From contig JAYVRX010000047.1 of NCBI GenBank assembly GCA_043775825.1, positions 7,027-71,026 on the forward strand: a stretch of 64,000 nt of DNA. Direction: 5' to 3'. The DNA is from Deinococcales bacterium. Its GTDB lineage: Bacteria > Deinococcota > Deinococci > Deinococcales > JAAFIG01. Below, in pieces: positions 9,983 through 20,461 of this stretch. Under the pieces are notes generated by a model, which was not told the DNA's origin, did not search any database, and saw nothing but the letters and a program-made list of their open reading frames with translations. Each line of letters begins with the position of its first letter. Position 1 is the stretch's first letter. The position numbers and the translations under genes were made by a program.

Positions 9983-10002
9983 GCGGGGAATAGCGGGGAA
10001 TA
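9983..10002 (+). promoter_or_regulatory. Perfect tandem direct repeat GCGGGGAATA x2 in the divergent intergenic region
   Basis: gcggggaata gcggggaata, about 135 nt upstream of the STAND/BTAD regulator start. Direct repeats are the usual site type for SARP/OmpR-like winged-helix domains. Confidence 0.35.
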
Positions 10003-10135
10003 CTTTATGAGAAAAGCCAATTGCATTCGTCTAGCAAGAATCACATCGGTTGTTTAGGTGGCATCGTCAGCCAACCCGAACAGATTTTCTTGGTTTCAAG
10101 CCGTAGAATGTAAGCGTATTTTCAACCACAAAGCC

Positions 10136-13100
10136 ATGACCCTCAAAACGACCCCTCAACACCAACATTCCACCCGTTCAGGTCGGGCGATTCCCAAAGC
10201 ATTGACCAACGAAATTACGCGTCCACGTTTGCTGGCTTTGCTCGAGCAAGCCAAAGACCTGAAATTGATTGCCTTGATTGCTCCCACGGGTTATGGCAAA
10301 ACAACCTTGTTGGCGCAGTACGCTCGAGGGTTAAGCCGTCGGGTGCTTTGGTTGGATTTGCTCGAGGATGCCGCCGATCCAGTGTTTTTGTCTGGGTTGG
10401 TGGCTCAAAATTTGGGTTTTGTGCCGTCCGTACTCGGGTTACAAGCGGCAACAGTGGGTGTGGTGATTGCGCCCGAATCGTTGGCGGCATGTCTTGACCA
10501 AGCCGAACAGAACGTGACCCTTATCGTTGAGGGGATCAATCGTTTGGGTGTGGATGCCTCGAGATGGTTGCACCGTTTTGTGTTGGCACTTGCCGAAGGG
10601 CATCATGTCTTAATCAGCGGTTACGAGGCGGGTGCAATTCCTTTGGCGCGGTATGTCAGCGAAGGCAGCGCTTTGGTGCTTGGCGTTCCTGAATTGGCAT
10701 TTTCGTCCGAAGAAAGCGTGGAATACCTGCTGCTTCGTGCGCCTACGCTTGACGCAAACGCCTTGCATCACTCGCTCGAGGGTTGGGCGGCGGGTTTGGC
10801 ACTTGCCGCCTCTGGAGCACCCCTTGGCTTAGCACCACGCGATTTGGTCTTGGAGGTTTTGAATACTTTGCCCAAAGCGGTTCGGGCTGGCATTGCCGAG
10901 GTTGCTTTGCTCGAGGTTTGGTCTGAAGATGCAGCCCGTCAACTTGGGGCAAGATTGCCAAAGAGCTGGTTGACCAAAGTGCAACGCGCAGGGTTGCCTA
11001 TCGCGCCGCTCGGGGCTGGCAAGTACCGCCCGCATTTGTTGCTCCTCGAGTGTCTCGAGTTTGAACTGCAAGCCGATTCTGTTCGTCATTCCGAATTGCA
11101 CGCTGCCGCCGCACGTCAGGCTGAATTGGAGCAACATCCGCTCGATGCGTTAAAGCATTTTCAACGCGCCGGTTTGCAAGATCAGGCTTTGCGAATTGCT
11201 TCTCAGGTGGCTTACAAGTATGTGCAACGTTGGGAGTTTCGTTTGGTCAGGCAAGTGCTCGAGTCATTTCCAGAATTGGAATTACCCCAAGACTTACTCG
11301 AGTTTCTGGGTGGGGCTTACATCGAAACGGGTGAGGCAACCAAAGGCGAGGCGATACTTCGACGACTTCACAGTTCGGGCAAGCGCACCAGTGCTTTGGG
11401 TTTTCGCTTGGCAGTGATTTCTGAACGTCGTGGAAAGTATCAAGACATGCTCGAGTTTGCTCAGGAAGCAATTGCGCTTGCCAAAAACGATCTTGACCGT
11501 ATGGGTATGATTCGGATGTCAGGAGCAGCGCATCTCGAGTTAGGATTCTTGCCAGAATCGCAACGTTTAACAGATTCTGTCATTAATTGGGCAAAAGCAA
11601 ATGGTGAACTTTCTTTGCTCGGTTTGGCATTGACACAACGCGAAAACATTTTGATCGACATGGGCGATGTTCATGGCGCTCGAGATGCTTCTATAGAAGC
11701 CTTGCGTGTTTATCGTTCGTTCGCTGCGGCAGGTCGTTTGATTATTCCTTTGCACAACATGGCAAACAATTTGCGTATTTTGGATCAACTGGAGCCAGCT
11801 TTTGAAGCGATTGAAGAAGCGATTTTAATTGCAGAACGTGAATCGCATTCAATGATGACAAGGCTCTTGTACATGCGAGGTTTGTTATTTCAACATCAAA
11901 CAGAATTCGAAGCCACTGTTCGAGATTTCAAAACCGCACTTGGAACTTGTGCCGAATTTGGGCAAGAGTTCCTTGCTGCACAGCTTAAACTCGACCTTAT
12001 TTGGGCTTATCAAAACTTGGGGCAATTCCATGAGGCAAACGTATTGTGGCAAGAAGCTCGAGTTGAAGCTCAAAAATTTGGTGCAAATCTCGAGCATCGA
12101 ATTCAAATGCTTGAAGGCTTGGAAGCCTTAGAAAACAACAAATTACCGCTTGCCAATCAGCGTTTCGAGTACGTCGAAACCCACGAAAACGAACCTATCG
12201 ACCTTGCTCGAACCTTGCTCTACCGTGCCGAAGTTGCCAGACGCGAGAGCAGATTAACCCACGAACATGCCTTAAAGCTCGAGCGTCAATTTCAAAAAAT
12301 TGGCAACAGCGGTTTTTTAAGAATTGATGCCGCTAAACTTCGGCTTTTATATCAAGAATTTGTCACTCGGGATTGGTGCGCTCAGCACTTCAAAGATTTT
12401 CTTGAAACAACCCCGAATCTTCCAGCCCAGCAAGTACCGACGCTCGAGTTGGTGGTAAAAAGTTTTGGTGCGTTGCAAGTCAGTATCAATGCTTCACGGG
12501 TTCACATTCCACTGGCTAAAGCGGGCGAGTTGCTGGTCTGGCTCATCTTGAACGGTGCTGCCACTCGAGATGAAATTGTGCGGGCTTTGTGGGGCGACCC
12601 AAACGAACAACGGCATGTCGAGTATTTCAAAATTTGCGTTCGACGGTTACGGGCGGCGTTAACTGAGGCGGTTCAAAATCTGAACATCAATCCCTTACCC
12701 TTCGAGCATCACCTTTACAGCCTGCACGAGCGTTTCAAAATTCATTGCGATGCGCTGCAACTGACCCAAGCGTGCGAATCTAATAGCGTTCAAGCACTTC
12801 AGGCTACCCTTGATGCAGCTCGAAGAACATTTCTGCCAGGTTCGGATACCGAATGGATTCTGAACGCCAGAATGCAGTATCACGACAAAGCCTTGAATGT
12901 TTCCATGACATTAGGGCATCTGCTCGAGCTTGTTAACTCTAAGGAAGCCATTCTAGTGTATCAACGCGTTATCAAACTTGAGCCATTGTACGAAGAGGCG
13001 CACCTGGCTTTAATTCGTGTTTTCCAAGAATTACAAGAGATCAACAACGCTCAAGCGGCGTATTCGCGTTATGTTCAAATGCTCAAACTCGAGTTTGGTA

Positions 13101-13162
13101 AGATTCCCAGCCTCGAGTTGCAAAAAGTTTTTACGCCGTTGGCATCAATTTTAAAAGCCTGA
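10136..13162 (+). CDS. STAND-type NTPase / TPR / C-terminal winged-helix + BTAD transcriptional regulator (MalT/AfsR-like architecture)
   Basis: RPRLLALLEQ...IAPTGYGKTTLLAQYA P-loop, a long helical-repeat middle region, and a C-terminal ELLVWLILNGAATRDEIVRALWG...EPLYEEAHLALIRVF (SARP/BTAD-like). Start moved to ATG 10136. Confidence 0.8.
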   Translation: MTLKTTPQHQHSTRSGRAIPKALTNEITRPRLLALLEQAKDLKLIALIAPTGYGKTTLLAQYARGLSRRVLWLDLLEDAADPVFLSGLVAQNLGFVPSVLGLQAATVGVVIAPESLAACLDQAEQNVTLIVEGINRLGVDASRWLHRFVLALAEGHHVLISGYEAGAIPLARYVSEGSALVLGVPELAFSSEESVEYLLLRAPTLDANALHHSLEGWAAGLALAASGAPLGLAPRDLVLEVLNTLPKAVRAGIAEVALLEVWSEDAARQLGARLPKSWLTKVQRAGLPIAPLGAGKYRPHLLLLECLEFELQADSVRHSELHAAAARQAELEQHPLDALKHFQRAGLQDQALRIASQVAYKYVQRWEFRLVRQVLESFPELELPQDLLEFLGGAYIETGEATKGEAILRRLHSSGKRTSALGFRLAVISERRGKYQDMLEFAQEAIALAKNDLDRMGMIRMSGAAHLELGFLPESQRLTDSVINWAKANGELSLLGLALTQRENILIDMGDVHGARDASIEALRVYRSFAAAGRLIIPLHNMANNLRILDQLEPAFEAIEEAILIAERESHSMMTRLLYMRGLLFQHQTEFEATVRDFKTALGTCAEFGQEFLAAQLKLDLIWAYQNLGQFHEANVLWQEARVEAQKFGANLEHRIQMLEGLEALENNKLPLANQRFEYVETHENEPIDLARTLLYRAEVARRESRLTHEHALKLERQFQKIGNSGFLRIDAAKLRLLYQEFVTRDWCAQHFKDFLETTPNLPAQQVPTLELVVKSFGALQVSINASRVHIPLAKAGELLVWLILNGAATRDEIVRALWGDPNEQRHVEYFKICVRRLRAALTEAVQNLNINPLPFEHHLYSLHERFKIHCDALQLTQACESNSVQALQATLDAARRTFLPGSDTEWILNARMQYHDKALNVSMTLGHLLELVNSKEAILVYQRVIKLEPLYEEAHLALIRVFQELQEINNAQAAYSRYVQMLKLEFGKIPSLELQKVFTPLASILKA

Positions 13163-13197
13163 AATTAATGCCAGCAACGTTTCTCGAGCATCAAAAA

Positions 13198-14763
<1,566 letters not shown>

Positions 14764-14796
14764 TTACAGCGCAAATGAACTTTTGAAACCTCGAGT

Positions 14797-15144
14797 TTGT
14801 TGCATACTGAAGACGTGCTTGCCCTCGAAAATTATCAGATTCGTTCCGCAGGTGTGTCATTTGAAGTTGTGACCGGACGCATTAAAACGCTTGACCCTGC
14901 AAACAACGAGGTCAGTGGGCATTTTGAACTGGTTGACGGCGTGCAAATTCCGCGCGGCTTACCAGGCTTAAGAATTGAAGGCGAGGTCAAACTCGAGGTG
15001 AAATCGCTCTCGAGCGTTATTACTTCCGCAGGCAAACGCCGTTACCGTTTTGTGGCGACCTGTGCGCCCGAGGTGGTTAGTTTGCTGGATTTGATGATGA
15101 ATTCGGCAAAGCATCCAACGGTACTTGATGACATGATGCGTTAA
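14797..15144 (+). CDS. Hypothetical protein (115 aa), start uncertain (TTG/GTG)
   Basis: Open frame with native CTCGAG density. No recognisable motif. Confidence 0.4.
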   Translation: MLHTEDVLALENYQIRSAGVSFEVVTGRIKTLDPANNEVSGHFELVDGVQIPRGLPGLRIEGEVKLEVKSLSSVITSAGKRRYRFVATCAPEVVSLLDLMMNSAKHPTVLDDMMR

Positions 15145-15302
15145 ATTTGCTGGCAATCAAAAGACCTTTGAGTTTAAAAGCTCGAGGGTTTTTGTTTAAA
15201 GCATTGGAACTTTATGTCAATCTTTTAATTTTCTGACAAATTTTAGTTTAATGCCAGATATCAATCATCATGGTAAGATATTCTCGAGGTGACATTGTGA
15301 CC

Positions 15303-15551
15303 ATGATTCGCAAAGAAGTCGAACTCGGGGCAAATGCCCGAGTCGTTATTCCACTCGAGGTGAGACAAGCGCTGCATTGTCAAACGGGTGACAAAATTAT
15401 TTTTCTGGTGACTGATGCAGGGGTGCAACTCACGACTCGGCAAGCTTTAGCCGAACGTTTACATGGCGCACTCGCTAGCGACGATGGTCGCGATCTGACC
15501 AATGAATTACTCGAGTCCAGGCGGCTCGAAGCCACTGCCAAGGGGTGGTGA
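15303..15551 (+). CDS. vapB: AbrB/SpoVT-type antitoxin
   Basis: VELGANARVVIPLEVRQAL is a SpoVT/AbrB swapped-hairpin motif. Its stop abuts the ATG of the PIN gene. Confidence 0.8.
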   Translation: MIRKEVELGANARVVIPLEVRQALHCQTGDKIIFLVTDAGVQLTTRQALAERLHGALASDDGRDLTNELLESRRLEATAKGW

Positions 15552-15947
15552 ATGCTGATTCTGGACGCCTCTGCATTGATTGCATTCATTCGCAGAGAAG
15601 CTGGTGGTGAAGTTGTTAAAAGTCGCATTGCTAAAACTGAATCTTTCATCAGCGTTGTGAATTTAACCGAAGTCAAAGGAAAACTTGTTGGCGCAGGTGA
15701 TTTTACGCCCCAACAAGTCGAATCAGAACTCGAGCAATTGAGCGCCCTGATCGAACCACTGGCTTATGATCTCGAGCAGGCAAACCTAGCGTCATGGTGG
15801 TACGCCCGTAAAAATCCGTATCAGTTATCTTTGGGCGATTGTGCTTGTTTGGGTGCGGCTGAGGCTCGAGGGTTGGAAGTTTTGACCGCAGAACAACGCT
15901 GGAAGAAACTGCCCAACTTACGCGTCAAAGTGACACTGATTTGTTGA
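15552..15947 (+). CDS. vapC: PIN-domain toxin
   Basis: MLILDASALIAF... with acidic PIN residues. 131 aa, immediately follows the antitoxin. Confidence 0.85.
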   Translation: MLILDASALIAFIRREAGGEVVKSRIAKTESFISVVNLTEVKGKLVGAGDFTPQQVESELEQLSALIEPLAYDLEQANLASWWYARKNPYQLSLGDCACLGAAEARGLEVLTAEQRWKKLPNLRVKVTLIC

Positions 15948-15958
15948 AGTCTGGCAAT

Positions 15959-15998
15959 TAAAAGACCCTCGAGTTTTTAAGCTCGAGGGTCTTTTTTG
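15959..15998. terminator. Bidirectional rho-independent terminator
   Basis: aaaagaccctcgag-tttttaag-ctcgagggtctttttt. 11-bp stem with CTCGAG in each arm, an A tract upstream and a T tract downstream. Confidence 0.8.
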
Positions 15999-16022
15999 TG
16001 GTCGCGTTTTTCAAGCGCGGGT

Positions 16023-16097
16023 TGGTGACCCCAACGGGATTCGAACCCGTGTCGCCGCCTTGAAAGGGCGGTGACCTAACCGCTAGTCGATGGGGCC
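16023..16097 (-). tRNA. tRNA-Glu (anticodon UUC), CCA encoded
   Basis: The reverse complement is GGCCCCATCGACTAGCGGTTAGGTCACCGCCCTTTCAAGGCGGCGACACGGGTTCGAATCCCGTTGGGGTCACCA. It folds as a cloverleaf with anticodon loop CTTTCAA. Confidence 0.92.
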
Positions 16098-16179
16098 AGT
16101 ATCCTCTGACCGACTGCGAACTATAACAGGCAATTCTAAATCTGTCAAAACCCCGTAAAACAAGACCTTCCAACCGCAT

Positions 16180-17064
16180 TCAATGACGTTTTAAGAAATC
16201 CACAATGTCAGGTACAACACTTGGGTCAAGCGAAGCCGCCGCCAAGGACACCGCCCCAATCAACTCTTCATGCTCGAGTTTTGGATAGGTTTTGAGTTCG
16301 ACTTTTCCACCCGTAGCCAGAATCTTTTGTTGCAACATAATGCTTTGACTGTAATCCACCGTCGTATCACGCAAACCATGCTGGAGCAGCATTGGCGGAT
16401 TTGTGCCGTCCACAAAATTAAGCGGTTGCGTCGCCGCCCAAGCGCTCGGGTCTGTCCCAAAAACCTGCTGTAACGCAGGCGATTGCGGAAAAAATGCGGC
16501 AATATCATACGGACCAGCCATACCCACCACCCCGCGCAGCGCACTGCGCTCGAGGTTGACGGCTTTCAAATACGCAGGATTGAGCGCCAGCATCGCCACA
16601 ATCTGCGCCCCAGCGCTGTGACCCACCAAGAAAACACGGTTTGGATCGCCCGCAAATTTTTGCACGTTCTCTTTCGCCCATTTAACCGCAAGCGCCGCAT
16701 CTTCTATAAAACCAGGGAACGGCGTTTCGGGCGCAAGACGGTAATTAATAATCAGCGTCACAAACCCCTCGAGCGCGAAGCGCTCACCAAAAAACGGGTA
16801 AATTTCTTTGCTGCCATTGCGCCACGAGCCACCATGAACAAAAATCAGCACTGGTAAATTTGTGCCCTTGCGCGGCTGGTAAACATCAAATTTTTGACGC
16901 TCGAGCGACCCATAAGCCACGTTGCGCGTGCCAATAAAATTGCGTGGCGAGACGCGGTTGTTAATCAGCGTTAAAGGCGAGCAAGCCACAAGGCTCGAGA
17001 ATGCCAACAAGAGTAGAAAAAAACGTTTCACGTTGCGAATTGTACTCGAGATACGGAATGGCAA
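16180..17064 (-). CDS. Alpha/beta-hydrolase (esterase/lipase-type) lipoprotein
   Basis: HGGSW oxyanion motif, GHSAGA nucleophile elbow, lipobox SSLVAC. Exact start uncertain. Confidence 0.85.
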   Translation of the reverse strand: MPFRISSTIRNVKRFFLLLLAFSSLVACSPLTLINNRVSPRNFIGTRNVAYGSLERQKFDVYQPRKGTNLPVLIFVHGGSWRNGSKEIYPFFGERFALEGFVTLIINYRLAPETPFPGFIEDAALAVKWAKENVQKFAGDPNRVFLVGHSAGAQIVAMLALNPAYLKAVNLERSALRGVVGMAGPYDIAAFFPQSPALQQVFGTDPSAWAATQPLNFVDGTNPPMLLQHGLRDTTVDYSQSIMLQQKILATGGKVELKTYPKLEHEELIGAVSLAAASLDPSVVPDIVDFLKRH

Positions 17065-17128
17065 TTGTTAACTCGAGACGAGATTGGGAATGTTGGGTTG
17101 AGATGGTTTTGAATTCTGCATCAATAGA

Positions 17129-17530
17129 TCAAGGTAGCAACTCAAAATAATCAATGCCCTGAGGTCTGACCAATGAAAAGTGTCGTCTATCAAATGTAAG
17201 AATTTTTTTGATGCGATGCTTTTCTGCCAATGCAACAAGACTGGCATCTACCAATCCTAAAGGCACATCTGGGTAACGTTCCATAACTGCCACAGCACGT
17301 TCTAAATCATTCGCTTCAAAGGTCATAACGGTCATTTCTCCAGCATTCAAACCCTTCATAAAAGCACGACTTGCATGTGCACCAATGTATTTTGTGGCAA
17401 GATAATCCACTTCGGGCAAAATTGTGGTTGGAACAAAAATTGGTTGCCCAGCAAATGCTTTCATTGCGTTGTGATTTGGGTCACGACGATTCAAAATAGC
17501 AAGTGCAGCGTTAGTATCGAGCAAGATCAT
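17129..17530 (-). CDS. vapC: PIN-domain toxin
   Basis: MILLDTNAALAIL..., 133 aa. ATGA overlap with the upstream antitoxin. Confidence 0.85.
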   Translation of the reverse strand: MILLDTNAALAILNRRDPNHNAMKAFAGQPIFVPTTILPEVDYLATKYIGAHASRAFMKGLNAGEMTVMTFEANDLERAVAVMERYPDVPLGLVDASLVALAEKHRIKKILTFDRRHFSLVRPQGIDYFELLP

Positions 17531-17739
17531 GCTTCGTCTTGAAATAACAATTCTTCGTCACGCAAAGACAAATTCTCAACACTCGAGTCTCCAACACCAA
17601 AGAAACTCCAGATTTGAGAAGCCCCTGTTTCTTTGCGAATCGCCTCGAGGATAATTTCTTCAGCAGTTCGTCCTTGCTGAGATGCAAGTTTTTGCACCGC
17701 CGCTTCAAGGTTTGGTTCTAAGTTAATTTGCAAGGTCAT
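17527..17739 (-). CDS. vapB: RHH/CopG-like antitoxin
   Basis: MTLQINLEPNLEAAVQKLASQQGRTAEEIILEAIRK. I prefer ATG 17739 over the TTG at 17757. Confidence 0.7.
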   Translation of the reverse strand: MTLQINLEPNLEAAVQKLASQQGRTAEEIILEAIRKETGASQIWSFFGVGDSSVENLSLRDEELLFQDEA

Positions 17740-17803
17740 GCTAGAAGTGTAGCTCAATTTAAGGTCTTAAATTGTGAATCCCAATTGCTCGAATAGTAGT
17801 CAT

Positions 17804-18646
17804 TTAACTCGAAATGAGATTTGGAGTGCTGGTTTGAGAGGGTTTAGAACGCCAAATACCAAATGCCAGCGCCACAAAAGCTAAACCCATCAAAATACTC
17901 GAGATGATATCACCACGGTTGTAAATAACGTTTTTATTGGTCAAGCCACCAAGATAATGCAGTGCCTCGAAAACAGGCGCAAAAATACTCGAAGCGTTAA
18001 TGGCAAGCACAAAAAAGAGCATCACGACAAGCAACGATCTGGAAATTTTGGGCATTTCTGACCAATCCAAACTTGTGTTATGAAACCGAACTCGAGCGAA
18101 ACAGATTGCAAGATAACCAATTAGAAACAAGAAACCGAATCGATTGTTCGCTTCCAAATCATGATTTCCAAACATTGCAAACAGATTTTGTATGATGACA
18201 CTGACGCAAGTAGCACCAATTCCAAACCATTCCAAGCGGGTTTTTCGTTTTGGTAAAGTTAAGAAAATACCAATCGCTGTGAACAAAATAAGTCCGCCAG
18301 AAATGTTAAAAATCGTACTTGAGAAATCGGCAGTGATGTGTCCTGGTCGATGAAACATTCTAAAACCTGCATCGGCAAATAAACTGCTGGCAAAGATTAA
18401 ACTTGAAAGTCCACAAAATTTAACAAACCAATTCATACGTTCACCCTTTCCAAAAAACCATTCTCGAGCAACACCGCGCAGGCAATCAAAAACTGTTGCA
18501 ATCCAGAACAGCAATGCTCTCTTCTCGAGTTGCACGTTCTTGATTTCTAAACGGAAAACTTGCAGCATCTCAGTTTCAAACTCGAGCCTGAAAGCTTTTG
18601 GGTACGCCTTCAACAACCAACCATAAATTCGAGTCTCGAGCTTCAT
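17804..18646 (-). CDS. Multi-pass membrane protein co-transcribed with PadR regulator
   Basis: Several hydrophobic segments. 4-nt overlap with the padR-like gene. Confidence 0.7.
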   Translation of the reverse strand: MKLETRIYGWLLKAYPKAFRLEFETEMLQVFRLEIKNVQLEKRALLFWIATVFDCLRGVAREWFFGKGERMNWFVKFCGLSSLIFASSLFADAGFRMFHRPGHITADFSSTIFNISGGLILFTAIGIFLTLPKRKTRLEWFGIGATCVSVIIQNLFAMFGNHDLEANNRFGFLFLIGYLAICFARVRFHNTSLDWSEMPKISRSLLVVMLFFVLAINASSIFAPVFEALHYLGGLTNKNVIYNRGDIISSILMGLAFVALAFGIWRSKPSQTSTPNLISS

Positions 18647-18987
18647 GTAACCCGCCCGAGTTTGGGTAGTAATTTTTTGGTTCGAGAGGTGCGTACCAGT
18701 TGCTCGAGGCGTTCGGCTTCGCTTGTGGCGGCGGTATGACCTTTGGGCGTGATGCGGTAGTAACGGCGGCGTTCGTCGTCAATGCTAGGGTCGGGGCGGG
18801 TGTCGGATTCTGTAATCCAACCACTTTCGAGCAGGCGCTTGATTGTGCCGTACAGCGTCCCAGCGCCAAGTTTGATTGCGCCAGCAGTTTGGTCGCTGAC
18901 TTCTTTAATGATGGCGTAACCGTGGCGTTCCTGGTCAGAAAGTGCCAGCAGGATATGAAAAACGGCGGGGGTGAGTGGCTCTGACAT
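18643..18987 (-). CDS. PadR-family transcriptional regulator
   Basis: HILLALSDQERHGYAIIKEV...GTLYGTIKRLLESGWI. SD aaggag before ATG 18987. Confidence 0.9.
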   Translation of the reverse strand: MSEPLTPAVFHILLALSDQERHGYAIIKEVSDQTAGAIKLGAGTLYGTIKRLLESGWITESDTRPDPSIDDERRRYYRITPKGHTAATSEAERLEQLVRTSRTKKLLPKLGRVT

Positions 18988-19134
18988 AAACTCCTTTAGT
19001 ATCGGTGGTGGATATATCTGTTGCGGATATAGTGCATCGAATCTCAAAAAAAGTCAAGAGTTAGGGTAAACTGACTAAGTTTGCACGACCTCGAGAACCC
19101 TCGAGTTTGCAAGGATTCAAAAAAGGAGCTTCAA

Positions 19135-19695
19135 ATGATTAGCGTTACAGACCTTCGCAGCGGCACAAAAGTCGAGATGGACGGCGGCTTGTGGGAAACC
19201 ATTGACTACATGCACCAAAAAATCGGACGCGGCGGTGCAAAAGTCGTCACCAAATTCCGCAGCCTCGAGACGGGTTCAATCGTGGATCGTACCTTCAACG
19301 CCACCGAAAAATTGCAAGACATTTTCATTGAAGGACGCACCATGCAATACTTGTACAAAGACGGCGATGACTTCATGTTCATGGACATGGATACGTTTGA
19401 CCAGATCAGCCTGCCAACCAAACTGGCGGGCGACTCGGTGCGGTTCTTAAAAGAAAACACCAACGTCGAAGTGCAATTTTACAAAGACAAACCGCTCAAA
19501 ATTACCCTGCCAAACCAAGTCGTGTTGCAAGTCACGCGGTCTGATCCAGGTTTGAAAGGCGACACCATTTCGGGCGGCAGCAAACCAGCTACGCTCGAGA
19601 CGGGCGCTTTGATTCAAGTGCCGTTGTTTGTCGAACAAGACGAATTCGTGCGGGTGGACACGCGAACGGGCGAATACTTGGGACGCGAGAAATAA
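19135..19695 (+). CDS. efp: Elongation factor P
   Basis: MISVTDLRSGTKVEMDGGLW...KIGRGGAKVVTKFR...GGSKPATLETG. SD aaaggag. Confidence 0.96.
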   Translation: MISVTDLRSGTKVEMDGGLWETIDYMHQKIGRGGAKVVTKFRSLETGSIVDRTFNATEKLQDIFIEGRTMQYLYKDGDDFMFMDMDTFDQISLPTKLAGDSVRFLKENTNVEVQFYKDKPLKITLPNQVVLQVTRSDPGLKGDTISGGSKPATLETGALIQVPLFVEQDEFVRVDTRTGEYLGREK

Positions 19696-19714
19696 GCAGT
19701 TAGCAAAAATTTAG

Positions 19715-19747
19715 AACTCCCGCTCGAGATTTGGGCGGGAGTTTTTA
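19715..19747 (+). terminator. efp terminator
   Basis: aactcccgc-tcgagatttgg-gcgggagttttt. Confidence 0.75.
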
Positions 19748-19794
19748 GGCTCGAAAGCACTTGTGAAAATCTGATTTTTGATTAGACTGGTTTT

Positions 19795-19971
19795 ATGACT
19801 GCGGCTACCGAATCAAAAAAAACAAAACGCCAACCCAAACAACAAAAAGGCACAGGGACTCGCTTGCTCGAGGCACTGGATCGTCTTGCAGTTAAAGTTC
19901 CTGATAAGGCTTGGGATAGCGTACCAAAAGATGGTTCGAGACTTGTGAATGAAGTTCAAGGCAACAATTGA
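19795..19971 (+). CDS. Small antitoxin-like protein (58 aa, below ORF-track cutoff)
   Basis: Manual translation MTAATESKKTKRQPKQQKGTGTRLLEALDRLAVKVPDKAWDSVPKDGSRLVNEVQGNN. The stop overlaps the TTG start of the PIN gene (TTGA). Confidence 0.55.
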   Translation: MTAATESKKTKRQPKQQKGTGTRLLEALDRLAVKVPDKAWDSVPKDGSRLVNEVQGNN

Positions 19972-20387
19972 TTTCAACTGTTTTTGTAGATACCTCGTAC
20001 TGGATAGCGTTATTCAACTTACGAGATAAAGCTCGAGTAGAAGCTCAAGCCTTGGCACTTGAATACGACAACTATGTTTGGGTCACGACAGATGCCGTAC
20101 TGTTTGAAACACTTAACTGGTTCTCAAAAGCAGACGCGGCACTGCGGGTTTTTGTTGCAGAATCAATTGAAGCCATCATTGCCAATGAACGAATTGAAAT
20201 CGTGACAAGCGGACGCAATTGGCTTATTGCTGCAACAGAATTTTACCGAAAACGCGAGGACAAGCAATGGAGTGGTGTGGATTGCTTTTCAATGCTGGTC
20301 ATGGAATCCAAAGGCATCAAGGATATTTTGACTACGGATAAACACTTTCAGCAGGCAGGTTTTAATGTGCTGATGCTCAAGGATTAA
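19968..20387 (+). CDS. vapC: PIN-domain toxin
   Basis: VFVDTSYWIALFNLRD...TTDKHFQQAGF is a typical PIN N- and C-terminus. Confidence 0.8.
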   Translation: MISTVFVDTSYWIALFNLRDKARVEAQALALEYDNYVWVTTDAVLFETLNWFSKADAALRVFVAESIEAIIANERIEIVTSGRNWLIAATEFYRKREDKQWSGVDCFSMLVMESKGIKDILTTDKHFQQAGFNVLMLKD

Positions 20388-20461
20388 GGAACGCGTAGCC
20401 ATGCGTCCCTACGATTATTTGATTTTGAGCCTCGAGACTTGCCTTTTGCCATCTGCTTTCC

